A DNA stretch of 11,605 nucleotides from Azolla caroliniana (taxonomy: Eukaryota > Plantae > Polypodiophyta): the NCBI GenBank assembly GCA_043228905.1, contig JBHGNT010001146.1, forward strand, positions 1 through 11,605, read 5' to 3'. The notes under the pieces were generated by a model. The model saw only the letters and a program-made list of their open reading frames with translations. It searched no databases and was not told the DNA's origin. This document shows positions 8,130 to 11,605 of this stretch, in pieces. The position numbers and the translations under genes were made by a program. Numbering within the stretch: position 1 is the first letter of the stretch; every line of letters starts with the position of its first letter.

Positions 8130-9260
8130 CAATATACAAAACAATCCACTATTACAAAGAATATTGCAACATGTTTAACAAGAAAACTATTGAACACTCA
8201 TGTAGCTTTCAACAATCCAGCCACATTTAACATCCATATCAAGCAAGGAATTACCACCAACAAAATTGGGCTCAAAAAACCCCTCTTTTTACAAGCTGAA
8301 TATGGATTTTTGGCCTTTATCACGGGAGTCTATGCGATTGCAAACTTGAAATCCAAAGAAACTATTATCGTATCCGGAAACACTCCCTCAAGTTGCAAAC
8401 AAGCTTTGATAAGGGCCACAAAAATATGTGTTGTACCATATATTGCTCAACATTCCTTCTATTTTGATGCAGTTTGATAGCATCATATGGCATTCTCCAT
8501 CTCACATAATGCTTGCTAAGGACAATGGATGACTACTCATTTTGATTAGCCATCTTCTCCAAAGCACGCCTCAACCCTACTTCCAAGGTTCACAAAAACA
8601 AGTTACATCTCTCTAACATGCATACAAAATCAGCCACCTTTAGAACTCCCTACTGTTGCCTTCCTCTCCGAAGGCGACACCTTCGATTCCTAACCGGAAT
8701 CGGACCAAAGGACTGTGGTACGTGGTGGTCAGATCGATTTTACGAAACAGGATGACACCCTACAGATTACGTAAGAGGATACCTCGGGCTATGCCTACAC
8801 GATAGGGAGAGATAGGTTAACAATTATTGAAAGCGAACAATGACACAAAATAGACCCAACATTGTTTAGATTACGGAGTGAGTAGTAATTACAGTTACAT
8901 AGCTATATGCCGGAATGTATATGATACACTGTAGTAGGATTAATTAATTACGTAGTAACCTCAGACTTCTCTCCTATATGTCTCCCCCTTTCTTCCTTCG
9001 ATCTATTGCTCCTTATATAGATGTTCCTTGGCGCGCTCCTTCTCCTTCCATGTTTTTGGCTGTGTTTATTTTTGCTGCTTCTGATTGCTTTCAGTTGTTT
9101 ACCTACTACTACCTAACTCCTGTTGTGATTCTCATATGTTACTATTTTGGCCCACAGACAACATCTACAATCTGAACAAAACTTGCCGATGAATTCCAAA
9201 ATGTTGGTGTTGAAAAATGTATGCCAATGACAGCAACATGTAGAGCCTGCTACCAAAGTG
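8130..9260 (-). pseudogene. PLS-class pentatricopeptide-repeat (PPR) pseudogene fragment interrupted by a solo LTR
   Basis: Frameshifted minus-strand translations: HYVRWRMPYDAIKLHQ, THIFVALIKACLQL (~8390-8430), KGQK/IHIQLVKRG/FEPNFVGGNSLLDMDVKCGWIVE (~8210-8320) and A T*VFNSFLVKHV. These match the P-L-S consensus (TFVALLKAC; G..IH..I.K.G...D..VGNSL.DMY.KCG...A..VF). Extent beyond the LTR (9169-9260) is uncertain. Confidence 0.8.
8654..9163 (-). mobile_element. Solo LTR, 510 bp
   Basis: Termini TGTTG...CAACA. Flanking 5-mers are CCTAC (8649-8653) and TCTAC (9164-9168), 4/5 identical. TATA-like CTATATAAGG on the minus strand at ~9012-9021. More CpG than the flanks; no adjacent internal domain seen. 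Confidence 0.8.
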
Positions 9261-9455
9261 ATATATATTTTCACAATTTTTCTCTACTCATCTACAAGAA
9301 CAAAAATCGGAAAGCACTCCCCAAATTTGAAAATTAAATAAACAAATAATCAATCCTCCTTGTCACTCCCTAGAAATGCTCCGTCCTCCATTAACATTAT
9401 CCATCTCTACCACAAAATTAAACTAAATAGGTTTATTTTATTTTTCTTCTTCCAT

Positions 9456-9494
9456 CTATAAGGACGGCTTCCCCAAGGAAAGTCGTCCTTATAG
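9456..9494. other. Isolated strong inverted repeat / hairpin
   Basis: CTATAAGGACGGCTTCC-CCAA-GGAAAGTCGTCCTTATAG: 11 perfect bp, one G.T pair, 3 bp, a bulge and 2 bp. Confidence 0.8.
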
Positions 9495-9994
9495 CATCAG
9501 CCATGTCGACGGTTATTACCCAAATCATGTACCTATAACAACACAATGATATAGTAACCTCATCACCTCTAGAAAATATGATTTGACCCCCACACCATGT
9601 TCACTCATCCTTTGGTCCACATCAACCATCTCGCCGATTAGCGCCAAGTTCCTGTACAAATAACAACAAAATGAGTCTAGACTATTTCCTCATCCCCTCA
9701 TCCTCTCGTCATGTTACTACGCTTCAATCCCTACCGCCACACCATCATCACTAATCCTAGTAATGAGAAACTTAAAATCTTCTTCATTCAATCCACATTA
9801 ACATCTCGATCTCGCTGACCATGTTGACATCCCGACGATGCCCACCAACATCTTGTACTGACAACAAAAAATGAGTCTAAAAGTTTTCTCACCTACTCAT
9901 GATAGTCGGCTTTGATCCCCCCACCATCTTCACTCATCCTTATCACACAAAAAAAATTCTTCATTCAGTCTGCATCAACCATCTCGTTGATTAC

Positions 9995-10427
9995 TGTCTA
10001 CATCCATGACCTTCTGGTCTTATTGAGCAACCTTACCAATTGAGCTACATCCATCTATGCATTATTGTATTGTGTAAGACTCAACTTATTTCATTATAGA
10101 TTGATCACTAGAACTTTCAAGAACCTTCTAGAGAATGCATCTTCATGCACTCTCTAGAAGTTTCCATGCACTCTCTAGAAGTCTTCTAGCTTTCACGCAT
10201 ACCTCCACATTCTTGTATAAATACTGGCCCGGTGCACCTTGATTACAATCAAGGTGAACAACACCTGTTACGAAAGCATATACAATTCTAGTTTATTTGT
10301 CTATCCTCTCTCTTGCTTGTTCTCTTGTCTATGCTCTCTCTCCCGCTATCTCTTAATATTGAGCGTTGTCTACTTGTCCTTGACAATCTTCTAATCTCGC
10401 TTAGCCTCATTCCACCCGTTCGTGACA
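9995..10427 (+). mobile_element. Solo LTR, 433 bp, inserted in the tandem array
   Basis: Termini TGTC...GACA with a perfect 5-bp TSD ATTAC (9990-9994 and 10428-10432). TATAAATA at 10216-10223. U3-like repeated CATGCACTCTCTAGAAGT (10144-10161, 10165-10182) and a CT-rich downstream region. The array unit resumes in register after the TSD. Confidence 0.92.
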
Positions 10428-10667
10428 ATTACCATCAAGTTCCTATACAAATAACAACAAAATGAGTCTAGAATGTTTCCTCATCCCCTCATGATCTGCT
10501 TAGCCTCCACACCATCATCACTCATCCTCTTAGTACTTAGCCTCATTCCACCCGTTCGTGACAATTACCATCAAGTTCCTATACAAATAACAACAAAATG
10601 AGTCTAGAATGTTTCCTCATCCCCTCATGATCTGCTTCAGCCTCCACACCATCATCACTCATCCTCT
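10400..10667. repeat. Recent near-perfect tandem duplication (131/132 bp) spanning the LTR right junction
   Basis: 10400-10530 and 10536-10667 are identical except for a 1-nt indel (GCTTAGCC vs GCTTCAGCC). A 5-nt filler TAGTA separates them. Confidence 0.95.
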
Positions 10668-10959
10668 CATCATGGCAATATGCATCGATCCCTATCGTCA
10701 TCATCACTCATCCTAATGAGAAACATAAAATCTTCTACATTCAATCCACATTAACATCTCGTCGATTACCACTAACATCCTGTACAGACAACAAAAAATG
10801 AGTCTAAAAAGTTCCTCGCCTTCTCATGATATCTGCTTCAGCCCCCATAACATCATCACTCGGCCTGACAAAAAAACAGAAAATGAGCTTCCTCACATCC
10901 ACATAAACCATCTCGCTATCGCCGATGATCATCAACATATCAACATCCTTCTCAAACAA

Positions 10960-11605
10960 TTTTATATTTTTTACTGTTCAAGTCTACCTCACTATTCAGT
11001 CTCTAGTACTAAGAAATACTTCATCCACCGTCAACCTTTATCTAAGATAACTGCCCAACAATGATACAGGCTTGTATTCCATCAACTACACATTGAAACA
11101 TTTCAAAACGTTATGTTCTTATGTGAAGGAAGTATATTCCATCCCAACTTAAGAATGAAATAAGCAAGGACAAAGCGGAGGAAACAACCATCGTGGGGAC
11201 ACATAATTCCAACGATTTTCATGTGTCCCATCCAGCGCCATAGAGATATTGGCCACCATATTTGACGAATTTTCCTTATTTTCTTAAGCGCCTTTTCTGT
11301 TGTTCCTTTAATATTATCATACTCTCCCCTAACTGTGTGTATTAACTTGTCCTAGAACATATTTATCATATCCACCACATTATACTTGATACCTTCATAT
11401 TTCTTGTTGCACCGACACTTCCACCGAACCCATAAAGCATTAATCGAAACAATATTCCAAACAAAAGACTTTTTAAAATATTTACCACTCGGAATGTTTG
11501 AGAAAACTGCTTCAATTCTATTCTCCGATACACGCAATGCCTCCGCACATTGCTCCCCTTCGTACATGGATATTTGCACATCCAAAGACCCCTCAAAAAA
11601 CAGAT
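10960..11605 (-). mobile_element. LINE ORF2 C-terminus plus 3' UTR, copy 3 (continues beyond window)
   Basis: Track ORF 11352-11585 ends SFVWNIVSINALWVRWKCRCNKKY...NMF*. It continues past the TAG as DKLIHTVRGEYDNIKG and, after a frameshift, NRWNYVSPRWLFPP with a stop at ~11149. It is collinear with the reconstructed copy 2. Degenerate A-rich tail at ~10960-10973. Confidence 0.85.

Larger units (their letters stand above)
9530..10950. repeat. Degenerate tandem array of ~140-200-bp units alternating two subtypes
   Basis: Anchor ACAACAAAA(AA)TGAGTCTA near 9663, 9861, 10454, 10590 and 10788, with a weaker version near 9538. CACCATCATCACTCATCCT-like and CCACAT(T/C)AAC(C)ATCTCG motifs recur. Confidence 0.85.

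Noticed and set aside
8978-9175. 65-aa hydrophobic ORF
   Set aside because: It lies almost entirely in the T-rich part of the solo LTR; hydrophobicity follows from base composition.
9456-9520. Helitron 3' terminus
   Set aside because: No CTRR within the usual distance of the hairpin on either strand.
9530-10950. CRISPR-like reading of the recurring ACAACAAAATGAGTCTA motif
   Set aside because: The intervening sequences are homologous to each other and over 100 bp long, there are no cas genes, and the context is eukaryotic.

Overview
Eukaryotic land-plant nuclear DNA: AT-rich, mostly CpG-depleted and dense in transposon debris. A fern-like genome is plausible from the style of the PPR and LINE remnants, but that is inference. 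One candidate transcription unit lies on the minus strand (~2.5-4.3 kb): a 156-aa Ser/Pro/Thr low-complexity ORF with microsatellites, telo-boxes and a CpG-retaining upstream patch. Around it are a CACTA-like terminus and three LINE (L1-like) ORF2 3' remnants. One LINE copy shows a textbook twin-priming 5' inversion with its TSD and priming microhomology intact. The window also holds a young 313-bp Mutator-type MITE (128-bp TIRs, 9-bp TSD), a PLS-type PPR pseudogene split by a solo LTR, and a dimeric degenerate tandem array with a second solo LTR whose right junction was later duplicated. I see no prokaryotic, CRISPR or RNA-gene features and no convincing new multi-gene system. The best leads are the inverted LINE insertion and the possible uORF/NMD architecture of the central ORF. 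All alignments were made by eye.
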